Origin: Terriglobia bacterium
Lineage (GTDB): Bacteria; Acidobacteriota; Terriglobia; 20CM-2-55-15
Assembly: GCA_963664115.2 (NCBI GenBank)
Contig: CAXWPJ010000009.1
Location: 960,001-1,024,000, forward strand
Length of the DNA stretch: 64,000 nt
Direction: 5' to 3'
Shown here: piece after piece, positions 62,090-64,000 of the stretch
How the letters are laid out: each line of letters starts with the position of its first letter
Numbering within the stretch: position 1 is the stretch's first letter
The notes under the pieces: generated by a model
What the model was told of the DNA's origin: nothing
Database searches by the model: none
The model's input: only the letters and a program-made list of their open reading frames with translations
Program-made: the position numbers and the translations under genes

Positions 62090-62677
62090 CTAATCGGTCG
62101 CGAAGCAATAGAGCAGGCCGGAACCGCCGCTGTCGGCAATACTCCCGGCGTCGCAGCCTCGGCTCGGGTGCGTCGAATTCCAGGGCGCGTAACCGGCGTT
62201 GCCGCGGCGATTGATATGTCCGAGCGTGCCCAGGTCCTCAACGGCATCACTGGTCCAGTCCTTGCAGGTCAGAGTGTGCCCGTCAAAGTTCAACTGGTCC
62301 ATCAACGCGTATGGCCACGCGGTGCCGTCGATCCGCGAGCCGGTCAGGATGTCGTTACCCTCGGGTGGAACCGGGTCGCCTTTCTCGGTAAGGACGGTCT
62401 GCTCCGTGATGTTGCGCGCGCATTGATGTTCAGCGCGCGGATTGGACTGGCTGAGGTAGGCGTGCCAGTTCTTGTTTCCCTCGCCTGCGGCCCCGGCCAG
62501 CGCCTGGCAATGCATGTCGGCGCCATGGAGGCCACCCAGATCGCCTCCGCCATCGCCCGGGGCCACGCTCGTGACGAAGAAACTCATGCTCGTGTCCTGG
62601 GCCATCGCCGGAGAAGTGGCCAGCGCTAGTAACACGATCAGGGCAAGAACACCGTACATCTTTTTCATCTTTTTCAT
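62090..62677 (-). CDS. Lectin-like paralogue of 5480-6130 with an internal deletion (possible pseudogene)
   Basis: MSFFVTS..LGGLHGADMHCQ..GLLYCF; lacks the DRIGxGPW..LH segment. Confidence 0.65.
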   Translation of the reverse strand: MKKMKKMYGVLALIVLLALATSPAMAQDTSMSFFVTSVAPGDGGGDLGGLHGADMHCQALAGAAGEGNKNWHAYLSQSNPRAEHQCARNITEQTVLTEKGDPVPPEGNDILTGSRIDGTAWPYALMDQLNFDGHTLTCKDWTSDAVEDLGTLGHINRRGNAGYAPWNSTHPSRGCDAGSIADSGGSGLLYCFATD

Positions 62678-62932
62678 GTTTCGGTTCTCCTTTCGTAGTC
62701 CAGATCGTCACGGCCGCAGGGTGTCGCCTCCCGCAGTTTCATTCGCTTCGAGAAAAGTAGAACTTATTAGAAAGCGGGTATGCCGGTCAAGAGGATAAGC
62801 GATCCTTTTCAATGCGAAACGATTTCAACAGGATGGCCGTGCTTTCAGCCGGGAACCGGCGGACATCGCGATCATTTTTCGTGACCCTCCCCGCTTCGAA
62901 TTCCGCTGCGCAATCGTAAGCGTTATAAAAGG

Positions 62933-62960
62933 TTGACCCCACGGGTCACTATGGTATATT
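62933..62960 (+). promoter_or_regulatory. Putative sigma70 promoter with extended -10
   Basis: TTGACC-N16-TATATT with TGn, upstream of the 63087 gene. Confidence 0.45.
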
Positions 62961-63086
62961 GCCTCTAATTTCTTGTAGTTACACTGTAGTCAGAAGCAAG
63001 TGAGATGAACTCACAAACAGTTGAGGCAGACCGCTCTGCGTGTGTTTTAAGGGCTGCCTGTCTTGCTCAGATCAGAGGGGTGGAAA

Positions 63087-64000
63087 ATGAAATCAGGAGC
63101 GAGATGTTTGCTGTTGGTCGTCTTGGTGGTCGCTCTGGGTTCGGGCACGATGTGGGCGCAATCGACGGTTGAGATCAGCGGATCGGTGACCGATGCCACG
63201 GGGGCGCTGCTGCCCGGCGTGGACGTGTCAGCTACGAACACCGGCACCGGCATTACCCGGGCGGCGGTATCGAACGAAACCGGATCCTTCGTGCTGACGA
63301 ATCTCCCCACGGGGCCCTACCGTCTGGAGGTGTCATTGCCGGGGTTCCAGACCTATGTCCAGACCGGAATCCAAATGCAGGTCGGCAGCAACGTTCAGAT
63401 TAACGTCGCGCTCGAAGTAGGTCAGGTGGCCCAGACAATCGAAGTTCAGGCCAACGCATCGCTGGTTGAAACGCGGAACGTGTCCATAGGACAGGTCATG
63501 GACAACGAGCGAATTCTGGAACTGCCTCTGAATGGGCGGAACGTCCAGGAGTTGATTACGCTCTCCGGCGGGGCCGTACGGTCGGGAACTTCGAACGCTA
63601 TCGCCCTGCAGGGTATTCCGGAGATTGCGATCGCCGGTGCTTTCCAGAGTGCCACGACATACCTGCTCGATGGCGCGATGCACAATAACACCTACTCGAA
63701 CAACAGCCTGCCGCAGCCGTTTCCGGATGCGCTGCAGGAGTTCCAGGTTGAAACCGGCGTTCGGTCCGCGCGGAGCGGGCGCAACGCGGGTGCCCAGGTC
63801 TCCAGCGTGACGAAGTCGGGGACCAACGAATTCCACGGCAACGCGTTCTGGTTCGTCCGCAACGACCTGTTAAACGCCCGGAATTATTTTTCAACGACCG
63901 GCAGCACCCTGAAACGGAACCAATATGGTGGGACCATCGGCGGTCCGGTCTTCCAGAACCGGCTCTTTTTCTTTGGCGGCTACCAGGGTACGATCGTGCG
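63087..64000 (+). CDS. TonB-dependent receptor, 3'-truncated by window edge (absent from the ORF track)
   Basis: MKSGARCLLLVVLVVALGSGTMWAQSTVEISGSVTDATGALLPG..LELPLNGRN..KSGTNEFHG; paralogue of 27653-31003. Confidence 0.9.
   Translation, partial: MKSGARCLLLVVLVVALGSGTMWAQSTVEISGSVTDATGALLPGVDVSATNTGTGITRAAVSNETGSFVLTNLPTGPYRLEVSLPGFQTYVQTGIQMQVGSNVQINVALEVGQVAQTIEVQANASLVETRNVSIGQVMDNERILELPLNGRNVQELITLSGGAVRSGTSNAIALQGIPEIAIAGAFQSATTYLLDGAMHNNTYSNNSLPQPFPDALQEFQVETGVRSARSGRNAGAQVSSVTKSGTNEFHGNAFWFVRNDLLNARNYFSTTGSTLKRNQYGGTIGGPVFQNRLFFFGGYQGTIV

Overview
GC-rich bacterial DNA. The gene content looks Acidobacteriota-like (inference from Oar-type TonB-dependent receptors and DUF6152-, DUF5916- and DUF1549/1553/1501-like genes). 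Almost every gene encodes a secreted or periplasmic protein, many in paralogous families. Main discovery: four minus-strand paralogues of a secreted ~690-740 aa NHL-like beta-propeller protein (22388-24559, 24926-27142, 33836-35965, 44503-46569). The ORF track splits each in two. In each copy the halves abut in frame across one conserved UGA (N-UGA-V-[GA]-HPQIAAFARLADG) that falls inside a repeat unit. A conserved hairpin with an AGGCU loop follows the UGA and shows a compensatory base-pair change in the most divergent copy. This is the signature of a SECIS-directed selenoprotein. Next to these genes lie an MxaK/L/R/S/A/C-like MoxR-VWA maturation cassette, a thioredoxin-TPR protein, TonB receptors, cupredoxin, HMA and c-type cytochrome genes, suggesting a periplasmic selenium/metal redox system. 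Also present: repeated DUF6152 + 'WEGDTL' gene pairs, an intact IS1380 with target-site duplication, a HigBA toxin-antitoxin pair, an IS3 remnant and several pseudogene fragments. No rRNA, tRNA, CRISPR array or selABCD gene was recognised. All family names come from motif recognition, not database searches.
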